From the NCBI GenBank assembly GCA_028534125.1, contig CM052832.1:11534001-11598000 (forward strand): DNA of 64,000 nt, in the 5' to 3' direction. Shown piece by piece: positions 50,274 to 62,855 of the stretch; positions within the stretch are counted from its first letter, which is position 1; every line of letters begins with the position of its first letter. The notes below the pieces were generated by a model. It saw only the letters and a list, made by a program, of their open reading frames with translations. It did not search any database and was not told where the DNA came from. The position numbers and the translations under genes were made by a program. Source of the DNA: Lama glama. Lineage: Eukaryota.

Positions 50274-50584
50274 GGATGGACCCCTCCCGGAAATACCCGC
50301 TGTGGTACAAGAACACAGTGTCCCTGTGGATCCTCTTTGGGATGGCATGGCTGGCCTTGATCATCAAACTGATCCTCTCCCTGCTGGAGGCCCCACAGGG
50401 CTCCTATTCCTGCTACAGCCACAGCTCCAAGGGAAACTTCAAGCAGCGAAGCGGGAGGCAGGACCCAGATGGAGAGGCAGATCCCCACTCCTCACAGCCA
50501 GACTGCTATCCAGAGGGGCCTATGGGAATTGTGCAGCACCCAGAACCCTCTACTCCAGTCTCATGCTGTGGAAAGGACAGCTAG
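50274..50584 (+). CDS. KCNK17: KCNK17 exon 5: TM4 and C-terminus, stop TAG
   Basis: ctcccccag acceptor. (G)MDPSRKYPLWYKNTVSLWILFGMAWLALIIKLIL...CGKDS-stop. Exons total 1035 nt = 344 aa. The pH-sensor Lys (human K242) is conserved. Confidence 0.97.
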
Positions 50585-50689
50585 GTATACTCCAGTATTT
50601 GCCCCACCTTATTCCTCAGCAGCAAGATCCCTGATTTTATGCTTGGCATATGACCACTCAGACTAAAGTCTACATTTTTTTTTGTCTTC

Positions 50690-51060
50690 CCTTAAAGCTA
50701 GGTGTAGCAATATGATTAAATTTTGCACAGCAAGATACACAGAGAAGTATTCTGTGTGATTTACCGATGTGACTTTCAGTGGTGGGGGTTCCTCTTTACC
50801 ACTTCCTTCTTCTAGCTGGCTGCAATACTGATATGGTGGCTGGAGCTCTGGCATCCATGTTGCACCATGAAGTAGAGGCCATGTTTGAGACTGGTGACAT
50901 GATAAGACAGAAGGAGCCTGGATTCCTGACGTTTGCAGAGCCACCATAACAAACCTGGACTGAATACCACCAGACTTCATTTATGTAAGTGAGAAATAAA
51001 TGTCAATCTTATTTTTCAAAGTATTCATTTTTCTGTCACTCATAACCAAATCTAATTCGA
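50690..51060 (+). mobile_element. Old MaLR LTR fragment (MLT1J/K-like) in the KCNK17 3' UTR
   Basis: gatatggtggctggagctctggcatccatgttgcaccatga...gaaggagcctggattcctga...gtgagaaataaa...ttttctgtcact. Confidence 0.65.
50995..51000 (+). terminator. Candidate KCNK17 poly(A) signal AATAAA inside an LTR (weaker ATTAAA at 50715)
   Basis: First canonical AATAAA after the stop, followed by U-rich sequence. Confidence 0.55.
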
Positions 51061-53704
51061 ATTCTGGGTGGCACACACACCCAGAGACAACGGCAGCATC
51101 TGAGACTGGAGCATTCGTAAAGAGAAACCACTCCCTCCCCAAGTGAGTTTGCCCAGGACCAGCAGAGAATGGACGGAGGGTTGAATTTCGGGCCCCCTGC
51201 CCCTCCAGAGACCTTCCAGGTAGACTCACTAAAGATTGGCTGAGAACTCTCAGGGCTGATACAGCCAGAAGGCAGCTGGTCCCAGTTTGGCTGCTGAATC
51301 CTAGCTCCAGCACTCACTCACACCGCAGAGAAGCCCAGACCAGGCCAGCGGGCTCCTCCTGCCTCAGCCTGCCCCACTGCATTTGAAGGCTCCGAACAGT
51401 TTGCAAAGCCAGGTAGGGTTTGCAAAGGTCACTTCTATTTGCGGAGCATCTTACTCTGAGCATTTCTGTCTCTTACTCAGGGTTGTTACTAAGGCAGTGC
51501 ATAGCCGTGTGGTCCCCAGCACACCCAGATTCCCCAGCCAGGACCTGAAGGTCACCTGGGACAGCGGGGTTCTCGGCCTCAGTGGGCACCTGCAACTCCA
51601 CTCCCCTTCACCATCCTACAGGTAGCATCACAGGGACATAGGGGGCTCCATGCGGCCCTCTCTGTGGACAAGTCCTTCAGCCTCAGGGCCCTCCTGGAAC
51701 TGGGTCTGGGTCAGCCTCTTGGCCAAGGAAGAAGGGTTACACCATCCAGCTTGCGCCATCTGGCCTGGCCCTAAGTGGAGCAAGGCCAGACCAGGAGCAA
51801 ACACCAGTGAGTAAACAGCAGGGCCATGCTCACTCCTTAAGGCCCACAGCCCTGACAGAGGAAAGAGGAGGGGAGGAAGAGATGCTGGAGGTCTAGACGT
51901 GGCATCCCTGTACTTAGCACACTCCAGAAGGAGGACCTAGCGATTTAAAACTGGGAGAAGGGGAGAAGCCAGAGTGTTGGGGTGGCTTCTGTGGTCCCAA
52001 CTCTGTCTTGCCTTGAGCCCCTTTCTCCTCATGCCTGGCCTCTCTAGACAGAGACCCTCTCTTCCCACCAAGCCCTTTACTGGGGCACAGCCCTGTTCCC
52101 GCTCAGAATGCCTGCTCCAGAGGGAACCTGCGACCTGTGGTGCTGGGGGCAGGGCAGAAAAAGGCTTCTGATTGGCCGGTTCCTTACAGATGTCTGCTCC
52201 ACAGCCAATGAGAAGAGTCGCTGAACTCTGAAGTGCTAATCCAGAAGTGTGAAGGGGTATTGGGGAAGGAACATGAGGGGTTGTGGAGTGAGGGGAGAAA
52301 TTGTAAGAGCCTAGCTGGGAGCCACCTGGAGAGGTCGGGGTCTGGGGAAGGCAAGAAAACAGAAAGGCAGACCTCAGGACAGAAATCACAGAGCAGAACA
52401 GGCAGTGAGGTCTTTCCCACATAGACAACAGGGAGGGGAAGTGGAGCGACGATGCCATGACAGGGGCGGCCAGAGAGCTGTCCGCAGTGTGCGAGCATGG
52501 AACCAAGTCATTCATTCACTCACACAACCTTGGCCCCTGAGGCCTGGAGGAGGAGGGAAAGGGACCCCTCAGAGCAGTTTAGTGCGGTGAAGGGTACAGA
52601 ATTTGGAGCCAGCCTGCCTGGCTCACTCACCAGCTCTATGATCCTGGACAAATCACTTCAAGTTTCTTTGCATCAGTTTTCTCCTCTGCAAAACACAGAT
52701 AAGAGCAGAACTGATCTCCTGGGATTAGAAGAGTGACTGTGCGAAGTACCGGAAGAGTGAGTGTCAGCCAGAGGAAGCATGATGTGCATGCGTGTCAGCT
52801 GCTGGCGGTCCACAGCAGGCCCAGTGGATGAGGGTGGACGGGGCAGGAGGCAGATGCTGTGCAGGCCAGCAGCTTCGTGGCAGGCAGCGCCTCTGCTGAC
52901 CCCTCAGAGCTGGGGGCAGGCCAAGCGGGTTGGGCTGAGCAAGGGGTGATGCAGGACTGAGTCCTGCCCTTGGGGGTTCCCAGGCTGATACCATGGTGCT
53001 GCTGGCCAGGAAAAGGGGTCTGGATCAGAGTGAGTCACAGGGAAGCCTCCTGGCAGAAACCAGAAAACGCGCGCCAAGTGTACAAACTCAGGGCCGAGGA
53101 CCATGATGCGGAGAGGCAGGCAGACCCCTCACACCAGCTAGCTGCTGCCTCTGCCTCCCCTCCCAGGTGGTCTGCCCAGTTCCGTGGCTTCAGCACAGCC
53201 AGGGCAAGATCAGACTCAGTGTCACATGGTGGTTACCTTTAAAACAGTGGCATCTTTTATCATTATCATCATTGTTACTATTTCCTAACATTTATTGGGT
53301 GCTTATTACGAGTCAGACACTGTTCCAAGCTCTTTACTTGTATCTGGTCATTTACTTCTCTCATAAAATCTGTAAGAAAGGAGCTTTTATTTTAATGCTG
53401 TTTTAAGATAAGGAAATTGAAATTTTCAATGGATATTAAGACCAAAGGTAGCCACCAGTCCCCATGGACGGGTGATCATGACGGGCGCTGCCAGCCCTCT
53501 GGGGAGTGAGGAGGGCCTGGCCTGGGGGGCAGGGAGACTTCCTTTGAGGCCCTTGTGATCTAGACCAGCCACTCCCCTTCTATGCCTCAGGTTCCTCACC
53601 TGTGAAAGCAGAGGCTGGCTTCAGGGGGACTGAGTCTTATACTTGTCCCTCAGCTTTTGTCTGGATTGCTCTAACTGACCACGTTTCAGGGCAGGAGTTC
53701 CTGG

Positions 53705-53787
53705 CCCCACCCATCTCCCAAGGGCCACCCTGAGGGTTTGGATCCAAGAAGTCTCTCTCTCTCTCTCTCTAGCTCAAGAGCACCGGG

Positions 53788-53839
<52 letters not shown>

Positions 53840-53917
53840 CACCCATCTCCCAAGGGCCACCCTGAGAGTTTGGATCCAAGAAGTCTCTCTCTCTCTCTCT
53901 AGCTCAAGAGCACCGGG

Positions 53918-53951
<34 letters not shown>
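53705..53951 (+). repeat. ~132-bp tandem duplication; each copy contains (CT)n and (CA)n
   Basis: ccccacccatctcccaagggccaccctgag.gtttggatccaagaag(tc)n tagctcaagagcaccggggcacata(ca)n starts at 53705 and 53837. Confidence 0.95.
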
Positions 53952-53955
<4 letters not shown>

Positions 53956-56479
53956 TCCCCAGGCCCTTGCTCATGGCCTTTCTAATGCTGACCTCCATCC
54001 ACTTTAGCAGCCAGGACAAAGAAGGACTTGACTAGTAAGGGCTGGAGAACTCAGTCTGGAGCAAAAGCTATGCTGAGACATCCCCATTCCCAGTTCCTTC
54101 AGCCCTTACCTCACCAGGTCCCCACCCCTGGGCTCCAGGCCCAGAGAGCACTGCCCTGAAGTTGGCCCCACTGACTGCCCACCAACCCTCCCTAAACCAC
54201 CCACACTGCTGGCACTAGGACCTCTCAGCCCACGATCCACCCACCCACCCACCCACATGGCTGGTCTGGGGCCTCCCACCCTAGTCCATCCCAACCCCCC
54301 CATATACATACAGTGCTGGTCCCTGGGCCTCTGACTTCACTGGCCCTCCTTCCCCCCACCCCAATACACAGTGCTGGACTCCCTTATCTCCTGCCCCTCC
54401 CTTTACTGGGCGAAACTCATCTCCGTTAAAATTGTTCATTGGAACCAAGGAGACAGACATTCCCCATCCACCAAGGCCTTCTCAGATCATCCCTAGGGTT
54501 TTTGCCTAAGATTCCCAGCCCCCACCTCCACTCCAATCACAAAATTCTCTCGCAACCCCTCCAGGACCCATGTTAGCCCATGGCCTGGAGGCAGGAACAG
54601 CAACCAGAGCTGGATATGGCTCTTGTGGGGAACCGGGGATGCTCACCCCACCCCATTCCCCAGAAGCGTGAAAGCAAAACTGTGCAGACTTTCTCCCCTT
54701 CCCTCACTGACCCTGCTCCCTGCCCCTTACCTGGCCCTGGGCCTCAGTTTCCTCATACTTGAGATGGAAATGATAACAGCAGTATCTGCCTTGTGAGGAA
54801 GCCTGTTGCACAGCTGAAGCGAGTTCCTGCAAATCCAGAACTTAGGAAGTGTCCGGCACAGAGTGAGTGCTATACGATTTGCCATCCGTGTCTGAGTTCC
54901 TTGGAAGTAGATCACGGGACGAGATTTGGCTGCTAGTCGTTTACTTGGGAAGTGGATCCAAGAAGCACCAGTGAGGAAGTAAGACAAGGAAACAGAGGGA
55001 AAGCAAGGCAGAGGCTGTTGGTGAGCAGGTGACTGCTGTGGGCAGCCGGGGCTTCACCCCACGCAGAACCCTGGAAGCCTGGGTGGAGCGTGCCTGAGAA
55101 TTGCCCCCCTGCAGGGCAAGGAAGCTGGGGTATATAGTCCTCAAATTCCATCTCTCACCGCTCGAGGGCTGCTGCCTGAGTATGGAGGTGCTAGCTCCCC
55201 AGCACATGTGCCACGCAAGCCTGCAGAGTCCGTGGGAGTGGTGAGTGCAGGGCAGACAGGGCACTGTCAGCAGCTGCCACATAGATGCTAACCACACGTG
55301 TGATGTGCAGAAGACATGGGAGCAGAGGGGACATTGCCCAGCTATGGGAAAGAGGATCCAGATAGGAGGAGACAATATCTGGGAAAGCTCTGAAGTATGA
55401 GTATGAGTTTTCCAGGCAAAGAAAAAGGCAAGCATTGCACGTGGTGGGTGCACAATAAATGTTTAAGTGATGCCAAGTAAATTGAGAGTGATTCAAATGA
55501 TGAAACTTGTGGGGCTGACTAGATACCAGAAAGTCTGAGGCAGGCAGAGGAGGAGGTGATGGAGTCAGGTCTGTGGGCATCAGGAAAGGCTGGATCAAGG
55601 CGTGAGGCCCTGAGCTGGTCCCTGGTTGACAGGTGAAGAGTAGGGAGAGTAGACCAAGTGGGAGAATCTCAAGAACCAAGGCAGAGAAGTAGGAATGGTC
55701 AAGGGTAGAAAAGAGTATTAAAGAAAGGGAGGCGAGTACAGAGGAGGGAAGGGAAAGGGAAGAGAAGGGAAGAAAGGGAAAGGCAAGGAAAGGGAAAAAA
55801 GGTAAGGACAGAAGAAAGAGAAGGGAAGAAGCAAACTTGAGAGAGGAGTAAAAGAGACATAGAAAGTCCAGTCACAGGAGTCGAGGGAGAACCATGGAGC
55901 CCTGCATCACAGAGGTTCTCAAGAGCTGATTCCCACCCAGAGTGAAGGCATGAGCCATCCGAAAGGCTTCTCAGAGGAGGCGAGCCCTGAACCTGCCCAA
56001 GGAGCCGCTGCCAGCCCAAGAACATAAGCTTCCGGGAAAGAAGGCTGTAGGGCTCCTGGGAGTGAGAGTGAGCTGAGGGCAAGGCACTGCCGACAAGCCG
56101 GGAGGGAGGGCAGTGCCAGCGGTTATTACCGGGGCTGCACAAATATTGTTGTTTTGACTGGTGGTGGGGACTGGTTTATTTTCCCCTAGAAGCCACAAGT
56201 GTGATGCGCAGGTTCATTTTAGAACATGACACCATGGGAAGAGCAACGGTCTCTGGCCTCGCCTCTCCCACTTTTCCAGGGGAGACGCTCACGTGCACAC
56301 ACACACTCAGTCCTAAAAAATAATCCGAACCACAAAAGTTTAATCCACCAACACCAAGGGTCTGCTGGAAATACCTCGCTTGATGCAATGGTAAGAATGT
56401 CACACTTTTTAAATATGTAAAGCACCTACAACAGTGCCTGAAATATTAAAAAAAAAAACTCCATAAATGTCTTTACTAT

Positions 56480-56750
56480 TATTTGCAAGCAGAATAGCTC
56501 AGCAGCTAAGAGCATGGACACTGCAGCCACATCATCTGTTGTCAGAGGTCAGCTCCACTGCTTACTGGCTGTGTGACAGTGGGCAACTAGCTTAACCTCT
56601 CTGTGCTTCAGTTTCTCCATCGAACACTGAAATAATAATAGTACCTCCCTCATAGGGTTGTGGGGATTAAATGAACTTGATGCATATAAAGAGCCTGGAA
56701 AATGGCGTGGCTCAGAGTAAATGCTGTACATGTGATCATCTATCATCATC
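56480..56750 (+). mobile_element. MIR SINE (representative). Others near 1775-1990, 2440-2625, 4220-4385, 11170-11290, 14075-14300, 32520-32640, 39060-39150, 40030-40200, 43860-44030, 52575-52780, 54730-54880 and 57420-57640.
   Basis: MIR core gctgtgtgac...cttaacctctctgtgcttcagtttctccatc...ataatagtacct...agggttgtggggattaaatga. Confidence 0.8.
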
Positions 56751-57659
56751 ACCTCCTGCCCGTGGAGGGAACCAGAAATGACCAAAGTCCCTGAAGCCTG
56801 CACCATAAACTCCCATCCCCCTCCTTCCTGCTGAAAACCAACTATACCTTGAACAATAGTGCTTGGGATTCTGAGGGAGGGAGGGAAGAGGGGAGAGAGA
56901 GAGAGAGGTATGATCTTGTACATTCAACAGGAGACATCAGATGCCCAAAGACTTGATTCCAAGATACTGTGAACCTCCCCTTTTCACCCCAAAACTACGT
57001 CCGGGGTTTGAGGCGCAGCTACATCCCTCTTCGCCACCCCTTCTCCTGCGGAGAAGGCAGAGGCATCTCCCCACCCAGAGCAAACTCTGCCTGTACTGAT
57101 TAAGCCAGCCTCCAGGGCTGAGGCTGGTAGGCGAACCAAAGCTTGGATCTGGTCAGGTTTAAATCTCCTTTGTGGCTGAGTTTGTCTGGAGAGAGAGATG
57201 AGGGGCCCATGTGCACCATTTTCAGGTTTGCCTTGGAGCAACCTGCAACCTGCCACCTGGAAACCTCTCACTCTTGAGTGTGCTTCACATCCCCTGGAGA
57301 GCTTGTTCAAACACAGGTTGCTGGCCGTACCCCAAGAGCGTGTGACTTCTAGGACAGTTTGCTTTTCTAACAAGTCCTTATGCTGAGGCTGCTGGTCCAG
57401 GGAGCACACTTGGAGAGCCAGGTTTAGGTTTAGGAGCTCAAGCCTAGACAGACCTTCGTCTGAATCCCAGTTCTGCTCCTAGGACCTGTGCGACCTTGCA
57501 AGTCACAACCTCTTGGGCCTCAGACCTCTCACCTCCAAAGCTGGGACTCTAATAACTGTTCTCAGGTGGCTGTGAGGATTCCACGGGGACGTGGAGGCAA
57601 AGCCTCCAGCACAGTGTCTGGCCACACTGAGTAGACGCTGTGCCTGTTGCTCTCATTCC

Positions 57660-58590
57660 TCCAGTGGCTGGGACTGGGAGCTTCCTCCAGTATCTTCTCT
57701 TCCTCAGTGATGCATCCCCCATCATTAGGTGGGCACATGGCTGCCCAGAATAAAGACCATATTTTCCAGGCTCCCTTGAGACAGTGTGACTTTTTCAGAG
57801 AATTACTAATGGGTTGTACATTAAAGAGGATATTGGTTTGCTACTGAAACAGAGATACACAAAATAGTAGTGACCTAAGTAATGGAGAAATGTATTTATT
57901 TCTCATATAAAGGCCTGGAAGGTGCCCTATGGCCCTTCCATCTTGTTGCTCTGTCATTCTCAATATAAGACCTTCATCTCATCACATAGGATGGCTGCTT
58001 CAGCTCCTGCTATCACATCTACAACCCAGCAAGTAGGAAAGGGAGAGAGGGAAAAGGGAGGTCAAACTTCTTCCCTTTGAGGTCACAGCTAGTAGCTGTA
58101 TCATTTTCACTCACAGTCTATTGGCCAGAAGTTAGTCTTATACCCACTTGTAGCTGCATGGGAGGCTGAGAAATGTAGTCTTCAGCTGAGCAGATATATG
58201 ACCAGTTGAAAATGCTATTACTGTGTAAGAAGGGGAGAGTGACCGCAGTGTTTGCAATAGGATAGAGTCAGAAGCTGTGTGTACCACCTCTGGGAATTGT
58301 CCTTAGAGAAAGGGAGTCCCTTTTTCAGCCTTCCTTCTTCCTGTTTTGGAATGTAGGTGTGATGGTTGGAGCTTAAATGGCCCTCTTGAACTCTGAGGTA
58401 AAAGCTGTGTTAAGGAAGGAGGTAAACTATCTAGGAGGGCCTTGGTCCCTGTCCACTGTGGTGCTGCCATACCAGCCCTGAGCTGCTTTGCTCTGGATTT
58501 TGCTTACATGACAGAGGAGTGTTTGCCTCATTAGCCCACTGTTATTTGGGATTTTCTATCCCTGGCAGCTAAACCTAATCGTAACTGATA
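57660..58590. mobile_element. Nested old MaLR LTR fragments in both orientations
   Basis: Motifs cacatggctgcccagaataaagac, ggatggctgcttcagctcc, tattggccagaagttagtc...ggaggctgagaaatgtagtc and agcccactgttatttggg...cctaatcgtaactgata. Confidence 0.55.
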
Positions 58591-59764
58591 GTCTCCTTCC
58601 AAGCTGACTGAACTTCTCGTCTCCCTGGCTCAGAGTCCCAAAGTGACCACTTGTCACCTGTTTTGGGAAATGAGAGGGAAGGGGGCACTCATGGGGAGTT
58701 CTAATATTTACTGGGCTTTTAGCTGTGTACCCTTGACTCTGTGATGCTTTCTATAGTAGCCAGAAGAAAATGGCCACAACCCAATTCTTTATCCCTCTCT
58801 GGAGCGCTGCCCTTTGTCATGTGACTTTGCAATGCCCTCTGTGGACCACGAACCACAAAATGCAAGAGTCTAAAATGGAGCCGGGAGGCCACTAAGGAAG
58901 TAGAACTTGCACACATTCGCCCCAAATGCAAACTTTTGGCTGTTATCCTGAGACCACCTGGAGCTTGTCTTCTTTACTCCCTAGAGAACACAGCTTAGCA
59001 ACCAATCTGCTGCCAGTAAGTGACCAAATGCCTTCCAGCACCAACCCAGGGTTCTGTAAATATAATGTAGACAAGTTCTCTAGAATGTCCTTAACTGTTG
59101 CCTTTATAACCCTCACCATTTTCTATTCCCCTCACAGCACATTTGAGTTGCTATTTCAATCGATGGCTCCCAAATTTCAATTCTGAAGGCCCCACATCAA
59201 CTCTTTTTCTTATTTGCCGCCTTCTGTATTTCTTGATCAACACTTCTCACTCTGACCGTACAGGATTGGTCATGTGGCCTGCTTTGTCCAATGGGTGTTC
59301 GCAAATGAGATGCCAACCAAGGCTCAAGAAGTGCTTCTGAGTTTGCTGTTTCTTTCTTTCTCTCTCTCTCCCTCTCTCCCACAGCCATGAGAAGATTTCC
59401 GGACTAACCCGCTGGAGGAAGAGAGATACACGAGCCAGGCATTTCATTTCAGAGACAGTCACTGAGGCTCAGAGACTATTAACTGCCGATGGCATCCTTA
59501 GTAGAAAATGGAGAAAGAAATGAAACTGCAACTTCCTCAACACCCACTGTGCGCCTAGACCTGTTGATTCATCTCAGTGAGGTGGTGGTGCTCGGGCCAG
59601 GGTTCAAATGAGCCTCCAGCTGACTTCACAGCACCCACGGTACCTCCAAAGACAGACCCTGACCCTGTTTCCTCAGCTGACCACACCCTTCTCTCCCCTC
59701 CAGCGAGGAACCTGACCCAAAAGTGTCTCTCTGTGATGACGAACACCATGTTGTTATGTACAAG

Positions 59765-60117
59765 TGTCTTAGTCAGCTGGAGCAGCCATAACCAAATGCC
59801 ACAGATGGGATGATGGGATGACTTACAAACAACGGAAATTCACTTCTCATAGTTCTGGAGGCTGGGGAGTCTGAGCTCAAGGTGCCAGTGTCTGGTGAGT
59901 GCCCAGAAATAGCCCTCTTCTCACCGTGTCCTCACATGGTGGAAGGGGAGAGGAAGCTTTCTTGCGCCTCTTTGATAAGGGCACTAATCCCATTCATGTG
60001 GGCTCCACCCTCAAGACTAAGCACCTCCCAAAGCCCTCCCCACCTAATACCATTTCCTTGGTGGGTGGAATTTCAACATATGAATTTTGAGGGGACACAG
60101 ACTTGCAGACCGTAGCA
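59765..60117 (-). mobile_element. MaLR solo LTR (MLT1A-like)
   Basis: tgtcttagtc...ttctcatagttctggaggctgg...ataagggcactaatcccattcat...tttcaacatatgaattttgaggggacaca...tagca. Confidence 0.85.
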
Positions 60118-60654
60118 CCAGTGTAGTGCCCTTCCCGGCCTCGTGTTACGTGCCCCTCTCAGCAGCTTGGCATCTGCGTGCCTGTACGCTCCTGGATTTC
60201 CTCCTGCCCATTTGGCCACACCTTTCAGGTAGAGCAAGATTCTCTGTCTTTTATTTTTTCTCTTCTCTTATTCTCTCCTTCCTCCCTGCCTTCTTTTCCG
60301 AAATGGAGGACATCTGACCTTTGTCAGACAGAGGGTCACCTCTGGGGAGCACTTAGTTACTCAAAAGTAGAGCAACTAGGCATCCATTGTTCTCAGTTTA
60401 GGGAAGGAGTTGGGTCAAATTCTTAGAGAGATTCAGGGAGAGGAATGTGTTGCACCAGTTTACATTAGTGACCTGTGTCTGTGAGATTTGAGGGCAGATT
60501 TGACTAAAAGGCCCTAGTTTTCTCTCCCACAATTCTTAGCCTCAGGACTTGGCCCTTTGGGACCTGGTAAACCCCTGTCAGCTGCAGATAAGGGTGTTCC
60601 AGAGGAAGACATTGCAGGTCCTGCGGTAGCTCCTTTAACTGGAATCGTATCTGC

Positions 60655-61330
60655 CATCCCAGACACCATGACCATCTGTAAATCTGAAACTTTATATCCA
60701 TGAAACAGTAACTCTATTTTCTCCTCCCAGCAGCCCCCAGAAACCACTATTTCACGTCCTGCCTCCACTCTACTTCATCTAAGTGGAATCACACAGTATT
60801 CGTCTCTTTGTGACTGGCTTATTTCACTTCGCATGATGTCCTCCAGTCCCGTCTATGTTGTAGCACATTGCAGAATTTCCTTCCTTCTTAAGGTTGAATG
60901 TTGTTCTATTGAGTGTATTTACTCCATCGTGCGTATTCATTCATCTGACAATGGACACTTGGGTTGCTTCCACGTTTTAGGTATCGTGAATAATGCCATT
61001 AGGCACACGGGCGTACAAATATCTTTTTGAGAACCTACCTTCAATTGTGTTGGGTATGTACCCAGAAGTGAAATTGCCAGATCACTTGGTAATTCAGTTT
61101 TTCATTTTCAAAGGGACCATCATATTGTTTTCTGTACCATTTTATATTCACAGTGACTGTTACCAACAGGGCACTAGAGTTCCAATCTCTTCACGTGCTC
61201 ATCAACACTGTTGTTGTCTGGGGTTTTGATAGTAGCCATCCTAATGGGTATGAGGTGGTATCTCACTGTTGTTTTGATTTGCATTTCCCTAATGACTAGT
61301 GATGGTGAGCATCTTTCCACGTGCTTTCTT
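60655..61330 (-). mobile_element. L1M 3' fragment, antisense
   Basis: gtgactggcttatttcactt...ggacacttgggttgcttccac...gtagccatcctaatgggtatgaggtggtatctcactgttgttttgatttgcatttccctaatg. Confidence 0.85.
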
Positions 61331-62667
61331 TTTTTTTTAATGTTTCTCTCATTTTTTTTAATGCTCTCATTCTTGCAGTTCCCCAAGAGCTTGGGCTTTA
61401 GAACACAAAGGCCAGAGACTTTCTTGCTTTCTGCTTTGTCATGGCCCACCCCTGAGGAAACAGGACACCAGTTAACATCTCACAAATATCATCCAGCAGC
61501 TGTGAGGAAAAGTGCTCTGAGAGCATCTCTCCCAGGCCTGGGACACAGGAAGCCAGTGGAGGAAGTAAGAATGTGCAGGATGAGAAAGAGTCACATGGGT
61601 GGGGAAGGGATGTGGGGCACAGGATTGGGTCTGCAGGGATAAGTGTCCTACACTGAGATGGAACAGCATGTGCCAAGTCTCTGAAGAAAGAGAGAAAAGA
61701 GATGTCAAAGGTGAAAGAGAGGAGGATGGAGAGATAAGCAGAGCAGTTGGACTTCACCTGGAATCCAGCAAGAAGTCTCTGAAGAGTTTTAAGGCAAAGA
61801 ATGAAATAAGGTTTTGACATAGGATTCAAAGATTACTCTGAAGAAAGTGTCAATGAAATGAAAATTACAACCTATGGAATGGGAAACGTATTTGCAAACC
61901 ATATATCTGATAAGGGGTTAATATCCAAAATACATAACACCTGTGGGTGGTCCCGAGAACAGGCTCTGCAAACAGGAGCTGCTGCTGCTGCCAAGAACTG
62001 CTGTGTGTAAAGAGGCTGCCGGGTCCCGCAGAAGTCACCATGATGAGCTGCTGCTAGGGCCAGCCACGTCAGGGATGGTGGAAACATGGACTGATGTTCG
62101 CCCCTCCTGCGCCAGCCAATGATCAGCAAGCCAATCCTGTTGTCTCTCCCTCTGAGCTGCAACACGAGCCAGTTCTCTCTGGCCTGCAGCTCCCACTGAT
62201 GATGGAGCCAGAGGAGCCCGGCCAGACTTCGGTCGGCCAGCCCGGCCAGCCGTCAGCAGGAGCGAGGCAGCCAGCCCTTGCCCCGCCCGTTTGGATTCTG
62301 GTTTCACCACAATGTCCAATTCTGCCACCTTTGCTCCCTAGTCAATGAGTAGCAAGTAGTTCGAGGGTAGAACCGGGGACCAAAGGGCAGGGCAGGAATG
62401 GCTATGTTCTGGGATGGGTGGGGGAAGATGAGGAAAGGGCTGCAGGCGCTTTTGGTGTGACTGGGAGAGGAGAAAGGAAAGAGGAAGAACGAGCACAGGA
62501 GAGAAATGAGAGACATCATGTCTGGGCATCTTGCTCTGATGTGAGAGGAACCCCAGGAGGGGACACCAGGCCACCTAGTCTGCTCCCGATAGTGGGTCCA
62601 ACAGTACCTCTGAAGTGCCCCATGGCTACAAGGGCTTGGTACAGAAAGCGAGAGCTGGCCGTACCTC

Positions 62668-62855
62668 TCAGGGAGCCCCTGACAGGAGGGGGAGACACAA
62701 CCCCACCCTCAGGGACCCCAGGCTGAGGGGAGACACAGCCCTGCCCTCTGGGAGCCCCAGGCTGAGGGGAGAAGGGGCCCTGCCCCCAGGAAGTCCTGGG
62801 TCTGACAGGGAGACCCCAGCTGTGCCCTAAGAGAGCCCCCAGGCTGAGAGGGGTA
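62668..62855 (+). repeat. GC-rich minisatellite, ~39-40 bp unit, 4-5 diverged copies
   Basis: Recurring ccccaggctgagggggaga and gccctgccc motifs. Confidence 0.75.

Noticed and set aside
37371..50584. KCNK17 as a pseudogene because of the lost ATG
   Set aside because: All exons, GT-AG sites, both selectivity filters, the cap cysteine and the pH-sensor lysine are intact, and an in-frame ATG exists.
55700..55870. Purine-rich GA tract as a functional triplex element
   Set aside because: Ordinary low-complexity sequence with no further support.
61940..62340. Possible processed pseudogene or unknown exon next to a short L1 fragment
   Set aside because: No recognisable translation, poly(A) tail or TSD. 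It may be an old LTR, but I cannot assign it without a repeat search.
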